Program-made: the position numbers and the translations under genes | Source: a virus | Lineage: Duplodnaviria; Caudoviricetes | IMG/VR virus record: IMGVR_UViG_3300045837_000032 | Location: 1-60,494 of that record | Length of the DNA: 60,494 bases | Reading direction: 5' to 3' (one strand) | The notes under the pieces: generated by a model | The model's input: the letters and a program-made list of their open reading frames with translations, nothing else | Told to the model about the DNA's origin: nothing | Database searches by the model: none | In this document: piece after piece, positions 50,102-59,800 of the stretch | Numbering within the stretch: position 1 is the stretch's first letter | Layout of the letters: each line of letters begins with the position of its first letter

Positions 50102-50925
50102 CCACCGGGTACAGCGTCCGCGATCTGATCAAGGACTGGTGGCCCGACCACCTGGGCTGTCTCACGTCCTACGGCGTCGGTCGTAAGGATCAGGAGCTGG
50201 GCGTGGTTTGCGGTTGCGGCGCGGTGCTGGGGTTCCCGGCGCAGTCGGACGAGTTCGCCGGCCCCAGTCGTCCGGAGCGCCAGGACCCGCCGGTCCCGGA
50301 CTCCGGGTTGTGGGGCAACAGCGGTGACGGCGACTCCGGCGCCGTGCCGACCGCCCAGGGTGGCGGCTACGACGATCCACCCTGGGACACCAGCGACGCG
50401 GCCAGCCCCATGGCCACGGAGCAACCGGTGGACGCCATTCCGGATGGCGTGGACGCGCTGGTGCCGACTGGCGGCGCCATGCCGGCCTCCGCCGTGGTGC
50501 CCACCGACCCGATCGAATCTCGCCTGGTCGCGATCGACCCGACCAGGATCTACACGTCCACCGATATCGAGCTGCAACTGGTCTCGATCGAGGCGCGACT
50601 GGAGGCCGGCCAGCTCTTTCAGCGCGTCTGGGAAATGCGGGCACTGGCCGCCAAGATCGCGTACACGCTGGCCTATGAGCAGGCCATCAGCGAGTCCGAT
50701 GCCCCATCGGCCGACCGGCGCAAGGCGGAGGCCACGCTGGCGTGCAGGGAGGAACTGGAGGCGAAGCTGACGGCGGAGACCATGGCCAAGGCCGTGGCCG
50801 ACACGATGCACAACCTCCGCTCCATGCTGTCGGGCTACCAGTCCATCGCGCGTTCCATCGGTGCCTCCATGTCGGTGGGCGGGATGGACCTGGACAATGC
50901 CCGGGAGCGCTACGCCCGGACATGA
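50098..50925 (+). CDS. Hypothetical protein with a C-terminal coiled coil
   Basis: ATGA overlap; LRSMLSGYQSI tail. Confidence 0.65.
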   Translation: MTTGYSVRDLIKDWWPDHLGCLTSYGVGRKDQELGVVCGCGAVLGFPAQSDEFAGPSRPERQDPPVPDSGLWGNSGDGDSGAVPTAQGGGYDDPPWDTSDAASPMATEQPVDAIPDGVDALVPTGGAMPASAVVPTDPIESRLVAIDPTRIYTSTDIELQLVSIEARLEAGQLFQRVWEMRALAAKIAYTLAYEQAISESDAPSADRRKAEATLACREELEAKLTAETMAKAVADTMHNLRSMLSGYQSIARSIGASMSVGGMDLDNARERYART

Positions 50926-50995
50926 CGCTGGCCGGCCGGGATCGCCGTCCAGCGTGAAGTTATTCGCACCACAACGAACAAGGAGAGAGCACACC

Positions 50996-51520
50996 ATGAT
51001 CGAGGATCAGTGTTTGACCATCGCCGGCACCGTCGGCAGTGACGTGGAGGTCCGTTTCACACCCAGCGGCGCGGCCGTGTGCAATTTCAGCGTGGCCGTC
51101 AACCACCGCAAGTACAACCGGTCCAGCGGCCAGTGGGAGGAGGCCGGCACCGACTGGTGGCGGATCAACTGCTGGCGTGCGCTGGCGGAGAACGTGGGGG
51201 AGAGCGTCCGCAAGGGTGACCGCGTGCTGGTGTACGGCAAGGTGGCCTCGCGGACCTTCGACGGCCGCGACGGACAGCGCGTCACCACGTGGGAGGTCAC
51301 GGCGGAGGAGGTGGCCCACTCCATGAAGTTCGCCACCACCGTCCAGAACCGTACCCAGCGCACCCAGGCCGGCGGCCAGGATGGCAACCAGCGTCCGCGT
51401 CCGCAGGGCCAGTACGGCGGCCGGAGCGGCACGGATGATGACCCCTGGGCCAGCCCGGACCCCGGATACGGCACCGGGGAGATCCTGTCTCGGGTGGCGG
51501 TGGACGATCCGCCGTTCTGA
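50996..51520 (+). CDS. ssb: Single-stranded DNA-binding protein
   Basis: RFTPSGAAVCNFSVAVN, WRALAENV.ES..KGDRVLVYG; C-terminal DDPPF. Confidence 0.95.
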   Translation: MIEDQCLTIAGTVGSDVEVRFTPSGAAVCNFSVAVNHRKYNRSSGQWEEAGTDWWRINCWRALAENVGESVRKGDRVLVYGKVASRTFDGRDGQRVTTWEVTAEEVAHSMKFATTVQNRTQRTQAGGQDGNQRPRPQGQYGGRSGTDDDPWASPDPGYGTGEILSRVAVDDPPF

Positions 51521-51564
51521 TAACCTCCAGTCTGCCCCCTCTTGGGAAGGGGGTAGGTTGCCAG

Positions 51565-51596
51565 GAACGCCCCATGTCGCGCACATGGGGCGTTCC
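51565..51596 (+). terminator. Hairpin terminator after ssb
   Basis: GAACGCCCCATGT / ACATGGGGCGTTC. Confidence 0.65.
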
Positions 51597-51609
51597 GCGT
51601 TCCCGCACC

Positions 51610-51639
51610 TTGTGTTACCCGAACGGCGGGGGGTAACAT
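51610..51639 (+). promoter_or_regulatory. Conserved promoter/operator, copy 12 (leaderless)
   Basis: TTGTGT-18 nt-TAACAT; perfect TGTTACCC / GGGTAACA; ATG at 51647. Confidence 0.85.
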
Positions 51640-51646
51640 CACCGGC

Positions 51647-53252
51647 ATGGCAACCAACACCCGGCCCATACTGCCCATCCACACGGTGGTGACGCGGCCG
51701 GACTACCAGCTCGTGATGTACGTGGTGGACGAACTGACCTGCGCCAGCACGGACCACTGTCCGCACTGCGTCCTGGAGGACAGCCGCGTCCAGGCCAACA
51801 TCTGGCTGCCGCTGGGCGACGGAACGCACGCGTTCGAGGAGTCCTGTCTGCCCTGTCTGATTCCGGTGCTGGACTCCGGTCCGTGGATCGACCGCACCCA
51901 ACCGATCACCGTGGAGGTGGCTCATGGCGCGACCCAGCGTCCATTCTGAGGACTATTCGATCACGCACCCGATCCAGTACGAGATGGGCCAGCGGGCCGC
52001 CAACGGCGTGCTGGACAAGGACCCCGGCGTGGCCCAGGTCAATTTCGAGGTGGCGGACACGATGTGGTCCGACGCCCCACCGCACGCGGACCCCGTGCTG
52101 ATGGCCATCCTGGCGGGTTACCGGGACACCATGCGCGAACACGCGGAGCGGGGGACCGACGCATGAGCATGTACCGGATCACCGTGGACCTGGACGACTT
52201 CACCACGCGGGAGGAGGCGGAGGAGGCCCGGCGCAAGATCCTGGCCATCAGCCAGGTGATCGGTGCTGACCTGGACAACATGGACCCCGACGACGACCCG
52301 GAGGTGTGACCATGTCCGATCAGTCCCTGGAGCTGGCCGGCGGTGCGCTGCCGGCCCCCAGCTCGATCCGCGCCCAGCTCCGGCGCCAACTCAACGAGGC
52401 CGTGGCCGTCGAACGCGCCCGGCGTGGAGAGGTTCGGCTACCGGAGGACGTGTGGCCGATGTTCCGTGCGCTGGCCCGCGTCACGGAGACGTGCGGCGAG
52501 TATGCACGGGCGTTCCAGGCCGCCGCCACGGAGGCCAACGCGGTAGCGGAAGAAGATCTGATCGAGGCCGTAGGCGAACAGGACGGGACGCCCAACCAGG
52601 GCATGACCGTGCCGGACGCGGACGGTGACGTGAAAGTCAGCCTGGACACGGCGAATGCCTACGAGTTCGACCGTGGCGCGCTGTTCAACGCCGTGGCCTA
52701 CGCGGTGCGCGCGGAGCACAGCGTGGTCGGCACGCTCGTGAAGATCATGGAGATGTACCCGGGTCACCTGGAACCGCAGGAGCTGGAGGACCGGGACGCC
52801 CAGGTGGACCAGTTCGTGGCACACCTGCTCCTGGCCGCCATGCGGACGCTGTGCGAGTTGGGCAAGTTCGAGCCCCAGATCACCAAGGTCAAGGCGTACG
52901 CGGCGCTGCTGGCCCGTGCCGGCGACGCTGACGACATCGTCGGCACGGTCACGTCCAGCACCCGCAAGCGCACGATCTACAAGGGCGTCAAGATCACGAG
53001 GGAGGCACCGAAGTGAGCACGGAGAAGCACAGCGAGACCTGGAACCAGGGTTGCCTGGTCAACGCGCTGGTGGAGATGGAGCGCATCCGCGCCATGCTGC
53101 ACGGCGTCACCGGCAACCTGACCCAGTCCCAGGTGACCTACATCCGGGGCCGGGCGGAGGCGGCGGCCACGGAGTTGCGCGACGTGCTGGACGCCCAGGA
53201 GCGCACCCAGGAGCTGTCGACCGCCACAGACCGTGACCACGTCGGTATGTGA
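51647..53252 (+). other. Hypothetical genes (51647-51949, 51924-52166, 52163-52309, 52306-53016, 53013-53252)
   Basis: Overlapping ORFs after the promoter. Confidence 0.6.
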
Positions 53253-53253
53253 C

Positions 53254-53544
53254 ATGGCGACCAGGCGCGGCACGACCAACAGCAACCGGCGCGGCAACGC
53301 GTCCGACCGGCGGGCACGCAAGTTGTGGCTGCTGACGGAGTACGGCGACGGGGTCACGGCAGAGTGCTCGCTGGCCGTGTCCAGCGATTGTCCAGGAACT
53401 GTCACGTTCGAGACCATGTCGGTGGATCGGATCGTGCCGGGGATCGAGGGCGGCACGTACGCACGAGGCAACATCCGGCCGGCGTGCTGCCCGTGCAACT
53501 CGCTGACCGGCGCCCGGCTGGCCCTGGCTCGGAGGGCGTCGTGA
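53254..53544 (+). CDS. HNH endonuclease
   Basis: VDRIVPG..GGTY.RGNIRPAC..CNS. Confidence 0.8.
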   Translation: MATRRGTTNSNRRGNASDRRARKLWLLTEYGDGVTAECSLAVSSDCPGTVTFETMSVDRIVPGIEGGTYARGNIRPACCPCNSLTGARLALARRAS

Positions 53545-54122
53545 CGCCCCAGGAGTTGCTGGCGTCGGCCCGCCGGCTCCAGCAACTGACCCGCCAGCTT
53601 GACCAGTCCAACCGGCCGACGGACTGGCAGCAGATCACGGCCGGCGTCCAGACGGAGGTCATGATCCTGGTGTCCGGTCTGACGGCCGCTGTAGAGGCCG
53701 TGGAGGCGTTGAGCGCGTCCGCCACGGCCAACCACACCGGCAAGGCCCGTCTGGACGCCAGGGAGACCAGCCAGCAGGCAGCGCGGGCCGTTTCCGTGCG
53801 GACGGGTTCCCAGCGCGGGCGCATCCTGGTGTACCTGCTCAACCAGGGAGCGCGGACGGACCCGGAGATCCAGCTGGATCTGGACATCCCGCCGTCGTCC
53901 CAGCGGCCCCGGCGGGTAGAACTGGTGGAGCTGGGCCTGGTCGGCCCGGCCGGGACCACGGTCCGTAACGGCCAGGAGTACACCTGCTGGGCGGTGACCC
54001 ATGACGGGTTCGCCGTTGCCCGGCGTCTGTCCAATGGCCAGAACGTGGTCACGGTGCCCACAATGGCATCAAACGGTCCGTCTACTGTAGACGAACCGGA
54101 GGGTGATGGAATGCTGTTTTGA
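53541..54122 (+). CDS. Winged-helix DNA-binding protein
   Basis: SQRGRILVYL...RTDPEI.......SSQRPRRVELVELGLV...W. Confidence 0.65.
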   Translation: MTPQELLASARRLQQLTRQLDQSNRPTDWQQITAGVQTEVMILVSGLTAAVEAVEALSASATANHTGKARLDARETSQQAARAVSVRTGSQRGRILVYLLNQGARTDPEIQLDLDIPPSSQRPRRVELVELGLVGPAGTTVRNGQEYTCWAVTHDGFAVARRLSNGQNVVTVPTMASNGPSTVDEPEGDGMLF

Positions 54123-54345
54123 TCATGGTGGCGGGGTTACGATCGCCGTCACGGTTACAAGATCGGGCGCCTGGTGTGTGAATCACTAGCCGTGATCACC
54201 AGGCGCCCGAATTGGCCCACTTACAACACTGGGGAGTGATGGGACCAGTGCGGAGTCTACCCACAGTGGCTCTCCACTAACGCGAAAGCCGGACGACGGC
54301 TAATCGTCCGGCTGGTTGCGCTCCCCCGACAGGAGCTGAATTCGC

Positions 54346-54582
54346 ATGACCACGGTATCAGTTCGACACCACGAACACATCTCCATCCCGGCGGACACGC
54401 TGGCCCACGAGGCGCTGGCGGAGGCCGGCCTACCGCTGCCGGCGTTTCCCGCGTCCGACCTTGACCGGGGTATGGCGCTGGCCGACCTGGCCCATTGCAT
54501 CATCGCGGCGTGGCCGCTGCTGACCTCCGATGACCGGCTGACCATGGCCGCTGCCCTGTACCCGGAAGGCGTGGCGGCATGA
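54346..54582 (+). CDS. Hypothetical protein
   Basis: SD CAGGAG; ATGA overlap with the initiator gene. Confidence 0.55.
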   Translation: MTTVSVRHHEHISIPADTLAHEALAEAGLPLPAFPASDLDRGMALADLAHCIIAAWPLLTSDDRLTMAAALYPEGVAA

Positions 54583-55334
54583 GTATCAAGATCATGACAC
54601 TGGTGTGGGACACGGATATCGGTCCCGCAACCAAGCGCCTCGTCCTGCTGGCCCTGGCCGACTCCGCCAATGACGAGGGTTCGTGCTTCCTGCTGATCTC
54701 CACGCTGGCCCGGAAGGCGTGCGCCGGGGAGAGCACCGTTCAGCGGGTGCTGGCGGAACTGGAGAATGAGGACAACCTGATCCGCCGGGAGTTCCGGGCC
54801 AACCGGAGCACGATCTTTCACCTGAACGTGGATGCCATCCGGTCCCGGATCGAGACGGGGTCTCAAATCGAGACCCCGTCCCCCCAGGATCGAGACCCCA
54901 GGGGGTCTCAAATCGAGACCCATAACCGTCCTTCACCCGTCAAAGAACCAACTACCGCGCCTGATGGCGCGGAGCAGCCCGAAGAACGCCCATCCTCTGG
55001 GCCGACGTTGCACGGGGTGGCACCGGCTGATGTTGCGGAGCTGACGATCAACCAACGGGCCACGAGGCTGGCCCAGAACCACTACGAACGGCTGGGCAAG
55101 ATGGGCAACGTGCCGGCCATGATGAAGATCGTCAAGAAGGCCCTGGAGCACGACTACACGGACGCGACGGTGGATCGCGCGTGCGCCTGGATCGCGGACC
55201 ACCAGTGGACGCTCACCGAAGAACGCCTGGCGAATACCCTTCGCGGCGGTCCGAAACCACCCAACGGCAGGCCGCCGGTCAACGGCCGGCCGATTGCTCG
55301 TACCGGCTCCGGAATGGAGATCCAGACCTCATGA
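54579..55334 (+). CDS. HTH replication initiator (lambda O-like arrangement)
   Basis: KRLVLLALADSANDEG.C......LARK....ESTVQRVL.ELE; internal iteron-like repeats; followed by the helicase gene. Confidence 0.8.
   Translation: MSIKIMTLVWDTDIGPATKRLVLLALADSANDEGSCFLLISTLARKACAGESTVQRVLAELENEDNLIRREFRANRSTIFHLNVDAIRSRIETGSQIETPSPQDRDPRGSQIETHNRPSPVKEPTTAPDGAEQPEERPSSGPTLHGVAPADVAELTINQRATRLAQNHYERLGKMGNVPAMMKIVKKALEHDYTDATVDRACAWIADHQWTLTEERLANTLRGGPKPPNGRPPVNGRPIARTGSGMEIQTS
54847..54921. repeat. Iteron-like repeats inside the initiator gene (candidate origin)
   Basis: GGGGTCTCAAATCGAGACCC at 54857 and 54902; ATCGAGAC four times. Confidence 0.75.
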
Positions 55335-56623
55335 GCATCAACGCGCACGATCTCCAGGCCGAACGCAGCCTGCTGGGTTGTCTGCTGCTGGGTTCCAAGA
55401 TCCCGGAGGTGGTGGCCGACTTCCTGGCCGTCCCGCCGGAGGCGTACTACAACGTCCGGCACACGGTGATCGCGTCGCTGATGCGGGACATGGTGGCTCG
55501 CCAGATCCCGGTGGACCCGATCACCGTGTACGCGGAGGCGTGCAAGCAGGGAATCGCCGGCCAGATCGGTGATGCGCCGTACCTGCACACGCTGATGGCA
55601 CTGGTTCCGACGGCGGCCAACTCCGGGTACTTCGCGGAGTGGCTGTGCGAGCTGTACGGCCGGCGTCGGCTCGCGGAGGAGATGATCCGACAGATCCAAC
55701 AGCTTGACCAGCTGTGGGAGAACGCGGACCGCACCGGCACGGCGGAGGCCGTGGCCCGGCTCCGTGCGGCCTGCGACGACGTGGCGGCCTACAGCGGGTG
55801 CGCCTCCGGCGAACGGGTCACCTACCTGGACGAGTTCCTGGAGCAGGACATCAGCTACGACTGGCTGATTCGGGGCCTGCTGGAGCGGCGCGACCGGCTG
55901 GTCATCACGGGAGATGAAGGGTTCGGCAAGTCGGAGCTGGCCGCCCAGATCGCGTGTTGCGCTGCCGCCGGAATCCACCCGTTCACCGGGGACGTGCTGG
56001 TGGAGGGCGGCCTACGGGTGGGCGTGGTGGACTGCGAGAACTCCACCAACCAGTCCCGGCGCCGGTACCTGCGGATGGTGGACGCGGTGAACAACCATCT
56101 GCGGATGCACCAGGCCCAGCCGGTGGACTGGCGCAAACAGATGGCGGTGGAGTTCCGCACGGAGGGCCTGGACCTGCTGTCCGGGCCGAACGTGGCGTGG
56201 CTGGAGCGCTGGATCAGCGTGGCCACGCCAGACATCCTGGTCATTGGGCCGCTCTACAAGCTGCACCGGGAGGACATCAACGGCGAGACGGCCGCGCGGG
56301 CGCTCACCGTGGAGCTGGACAGCCTCCGGGCGCGGCACAACGTCGCGATCATCACGGAGGCGCACGCCGGCCACGTGAAGGGCGACGACGGCAAGCGGCT
56401 GATGCGCCCGCGCGGGTCTTCGCTGTTCCTGGGCTGGCCGGAGTTCGGCATCGGCCTACGGCGCAACTCCGACAACCCGGAGGAGTACGCGGACGTGGTG
56501 GCGTGGCGCGGACACCGCGACGATGGTCGCCAGTGGCCGGCCCGGCTCTACAAGGCCCGCGCGGGCCTGATCCCGTGGCGGCCGTTCGAGGAGTATTACC
56601 GCCTGTTCGAGCCCCACGAGTAG
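55331..56623 (+). CDS. Replicative helicase (DnaB N-terminal domain plus RecA/AAA_25-type ATPase)
   Basis: HDLQAERSLLG.LL and PVDPITV; Walker A GDEGFGKS; VDCEN; RPRGSS...GWPEFG. Confidence 0.9.
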   Translation: MSINAHDLQAERSLLGCLLLGSKIPEVVADFLAVPPEAYYNVRHTVIASLMRDMVARQIPVDPITVYAEACKQGIAGQIGDAPYLHTLMALVPTAANSGYFAEWLCELYGRRRLAEEMIRQIQQLDQLWENADRTGTAEAVARLRAACDDVAAYSGCASGERVTYLDEFLEQDISYDWLIRGLLERRDRLVITGDEGFGKSELAAQIACCAAAGIHPFTGDVLVEGGLRVGVVDCENSTNQSRRRYLRMVDAVNNHLRMHQAQPVDWRKQMAVEFRTEGLDLLSGPNVAWLERWISVATPDILVIGPLYKLHREDINGETAARALTVELDSLRARHNVAIITEAHAGHVKGDDGKRLMRPRGSSLFLGWPEFGIGLRRNSDNPEEYADVVAWRGHRDDGRQWPARLYKARAGLIPWRPFEEYYRLFEPHE

Positions 56624-56662
56624 CTGGCCGACGTACCGTGAGGCTATCGAAGGGAGACGATC

Positions 56663-57562
56663 ATGACGGCGGCCGTCGGCGGGTTCCTGATTGACGGGAT
56701 CAACCACCCGACGGTGGACCAGGTCCGGGCGGCCAAGGCCATCGGGGTGATGCTCTACGGCGGCACGCCGGGGGACAGTCTGGGCAAGGACTTCACCGCT
56801 GGCCAGTACGCGGCCTACAAGCAGGCCGGACTGTTGACGCCGTTCATGTACGAGAACCGGGCGACGGACGCGACCGCCGACGCCCCCGCGATCGAATACC
56901 GGGACGGGGTGAACCACGCCAACGCGCTGATCGCGGACCTGCGGAACAAGGGCGTGGCCGACACGGAGCCGATCGAGTGCACCTGTGACGAACACCTGAC
57001 GGCGGCCCAGATCCCCCGGGCGCTCCAGTACCAGACGGGGTTCTACAACGCGGCCAAGGCCCAGTGGCACGGCGCGGTCGGCGGCTACGGGTTCCCGGAG
57101 TTCACGACGGCGATTCACGACGCGCACGTGGCGGACTGGCTGCACGGCTGTGGCCGGCAGTCCGACCAGCCGGCGTTCATCAACATCTGGCAGGACAACA
57201 ACAATACGATCTTTGTTGGTGGATCGAACGACGATGAGGACTGGGTCCGCACGCCGTTGCCGTTCGGAGGTGGAAACGTGGGAATCCTGGCACCTGACGA
57301 CGTGGCGGCTGTGGCCAACGCCGTGCTGTTCAACACCAAGATCGTCGGCCCATCCGGGGCGACGCAGTACAACGCCAACGACATGCTGTATTGGACAAAT
57401 CGGATCATCAACGGCTGGGACGCCATGGTGGCGGAGTTGACCGCGATCAAGACGGAGCTGGACGCTGTCCAGGCCGGCCAGCAGTCGGGCGTAGACCCGT
57501 CGGCCGCCATCGCCAAGATCGAGACGTTCTTGTCGTCGGTGAAGGTGGTCGCCGGCACGTGA
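56663..57562 (+). CDS. Endolysin (GH25-like/DUF1906 peptidoglycan hydrolase)
   Basis: GKDFT..QY..Y..AGL...FMYE, G..HA, CD, GGYG and WQ motifs; helical C-terminus; strong SD. Confidence 0.75.
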   Translation: MTAAVGGFLIDGINHPTVDQVRAAKAIGVMLYGGTPGDSLGKDFTAGQYAAYKQAGLLTPFMYENRATDATADAPAIEYRDGVNHANALIADLRNKGVADTEPIECTCDEHLTAAQIPRALQYQTGFYNAAKAQWHGAVGGYGFPEFTTAIHDAHVADWLHGCGRQSDQPAFINIWQDNNNTIFVGGSNDDEDWVRTPLPFGGGNVGILAPDDVAAVANAVLFNTKIVGPSGATQYNANDMLYWTNRIINGWDAMVAELTAIKTELDAVQAGQQSGVDPSAAIAKIETFLSSVKVVAGT

Positions 57563-57604
57563 TCGGCCCGCACGTAAGCCGGGCCGCGCTCTAGCGTCCC
57601 GGCC

Positions 57605-58153
57605 ATGGGTACGGTGACCAACACGCTGATCGACGGGGCTGGCCGGGGCCTGCGCAACGTGACCGTACGCATCCTGTTGATCGCTCCGCTGAACCCGTTC
57701 CTGCTCAACGGCACCGGGGAGATCCTGTCCCGGGTGGCGGTGGACACCGACCAGAACGGGGTCTGGTCGGTGGACCTGGTGCCCTCCAGTCAGCTCGATC
57801 AGACGAACGCGTACTACCTGGTGGACGAGAGCCAGGCGCCCGGCGGCCGACGCTGGGCCATCGTCGTGCCGGATGGTGCCGGCCCGTTCAACCTCCGGGA
57901 CCTGCTGGTGCCGACGCCACCCACCACGGACCCCAACGGGCCGTCCCCGGTGCGGAACGCGTCATTCCACTGGGAACAGGTCAACCCGGTGTCTATCTGG
58001 ACGATTCCGCACAACCTTGGTTTCTATCCCAACCTGCGCATTAAGGACACGGCCGGTGCCGACTGGTACGGCTGGTCGGTCACCGACGTGTCCGTGAACA
58101 GTCTCACCGTTGACCTGGGCGTATCGATGGCGGGCACCGCCGAACTGAGTTAG
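57605..58153 (+). CDS. Minor tail/fiber-associated protein
   Basis: DQNGVWSVDLVP; WTIPHNLGFYP; GTAELS. Confidence 0.65.
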   Translation: MGTVTNTLIDGAGRGLRNVTVRILLIAPLNPFLLNGTGEILSRVAVDTDQNGVWSVDLVPSSQLDQTNAYYLVDESQAPGGRRWAIVVPDGAGPFNLRDLLVPTPPTTDPNGPSPVRNASFHWEQVNPVSIWTIPHNLGFYPNLRIKDTAGADWYGWSVTDVSVNSLTVDLGVSMAGTAELS

Positions 58154-58163
58154 GGAGACCGTC

Positions 58164-59252
58164 ATGGTTGCCAATTTCGGCAAGCCCATTGACCTGCACC
58201 TGAACGAGATGCGCAATGCGGTGATCCAGAACCTGGGCGCGGACCCCGGCTCGCTGGTGGCCGGCCTGATGTGGTTCAACACCGTGTCCGGGCTGATGAA
58301 GTGGCACAACGGGTCAGCCGTGATCGATCCGCTGAACCGGTCCAACCACTCCGGAACGCAACTCGCGGCCACGATCTCCGATTTCACGGCCGCTGTCCAG
58401 GCCCTGCGCTGGGCGTCCATGACTGCCCCGAACGCGGCGGTCAACATGAACAGCCAGCAGTTCACCGGCCTGCCGGCCGCGTCCGGCAACGGCCAGGCCG
58501 TGGAGTACGCCCAGTTCAACACCGCGCTGGCCAACATCGCGACCGGCATGGACCTGAAAGAGACCCAGGCCCAGGTGGTCGCCACCGCCAACATCAACAC
58601 AGCCAGCCCCGGCGCCACGATCAGCGGCCACGCGATGGTGGCCAACGATCGCGTACTGCTGTCGGCCCAGACCACGGCCAGCCAGAACGGGCTGTGGGTA
58701 TGGAACGGGTCGGCCGTGGCCATGACGCGGGCTGCCGACGCCAACACCACCGGCTCGATCCTGGGCGGCACGATGGTGGTGGTGGGTGATCTGGACGCCA
58801 CCAACCCCAACACAGTCTGGATGCAGACGGCGACCGGCACCGGCACCAACGGCGCCATCACAATCGGCACCGACAACCAGACGTGGATCAGGGTGCTGTC
58901 CCCGGTCACCCTGACGGCCGGTAACGGCATCGCCATCGCGGCGGGCGTGATCTCCGCCGTGGTGGCCGCGTCCGGCGGTCTCACGGTCGGTGGCTCCGGT
59001 CTCGCCCTGGACACCACGATTGCGGTGCGCAAGTACAGCACGACGTTGACCGGCGACGGGACCACCACGTCCTGGACGATCACCCACAACCTGGGCAGCA
59101 ACAACCCGGATGTCAATGTGCGCATTGCCGGGGCGAAATGGGAGGTTGATGACCAGGTGGCCTCCGCCGGGGCGTCCACAACGCAGGTCATCATCGGGAT
59201 CTCCCCGGCCCCGGCCAACGGCATCGCGATTGCCGTATCGGTCCAAGCCTGA
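58164..59252 (+). CDS. Fiber-like virion protein
   Basis: RSNHSGTQLAATISDF, DRVLLSAQTTASQNGLWVWNG, AGNGI, ITHNLG. Confidence 0.75.
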   Translation: MVANFGKPIDLHLNEMRNAVIQNLGADPGSLVAGLMWFNTVSGLMKWHNGSAVIDPLNRSNHSGTQLAATISDFTAAVQALRWASMTAPNAAVNMNSQQFTGLPAASGNGQAVEYAQFNTALANIATGMDLKETQAQVVATANINTASPGATISGHAMVANDRVLLSAQTTASQNGLWVWNGSAVAMTRAADANTTGSILGGTMVVVGDLDATNPNTVWMQTATGTGTNGAITIGTDNQTWIRVLSPVTLTAGNGIAIAAGVISAVVAASGGLTVGGSGLALDTTIAVRKYSTTLTGDGTTTSWTITHNLGSNNPDVNVRIAGAKWEVDDQVASAGASTTQVIIGISPAPANGIAIAVSVQA

Positions 59253-59800
59253 TGGCCCGCAACTGGGGCACCACGGAGCTGATCCCAGACCCGACGGCCC
59301 TCCAGAACCCCGCCACGAAGAACTACGTAGACACCACGAAGTTGCAGCTTATCGGCGGGTACATGACCGATCAGTCCACCGCGACGATCCTGTCGGCGGG
59401 CGCCGCGACCAGTGAGACCGACCTGGGCACGCGGATGCGCTCCAACTCGATCAGCTTCCTGTCCGGGCACCTGTACTTGGCGTTGCTCAACATCAACGGT
59501 CAGCAGTCGACAGAGCCCGGCGACGCATGGGACTTCCGTCTCCGGATCGGCTCCGCCACCGGAACGCTGTTCGGCGGCGTGGTCCAGCTTGCCGCCGGTA
59601 GCACCTGGTCCAACCAGCCGACGTTCGCGATTCCGTGGCTGTGTGGTGCGAACGTGTCGGGCGCGATGTTCACGACGTACGTACGTGCGGCCGGCTCCGG
59701 AAACCTGTCTATCGGTGCCATGGGTTCCACCACCGGATCGTCCAGCCTGCTGGTGTTCGAGTGCGGTTCGGCCCAGTCCAGCGTGATCAACCACACCTGA
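59252..59800 (+). CDS. Minor virion/fiber tip protein
   Basis: PATKNYVD fiber motif; TGATG overlap. Confidence 0.65.
   Translation: MARNWGTTELIPDPTALQNPATKNYVDTTKLQLIGGYMTDQSTATILSAGAATSETDLGTRMRSNSISFLSGHLYLALLNINGQQSTEPGDAWDFRLRIGSATGTLFGGVVQLAAGSTWSNQPTFAIPWLCGANVSGAMFTTYVRAAGSGNLSIGAMGSTTGSSSLLVFECGSAQSSVINHT

Noticed and set aside
51468-57745. Diversity-generating retroelement template/variable repeat pair
   Set aside because: The match is only 38 bp, the mismatch is not at an adenine, and no reverse transcriptase is encoded.
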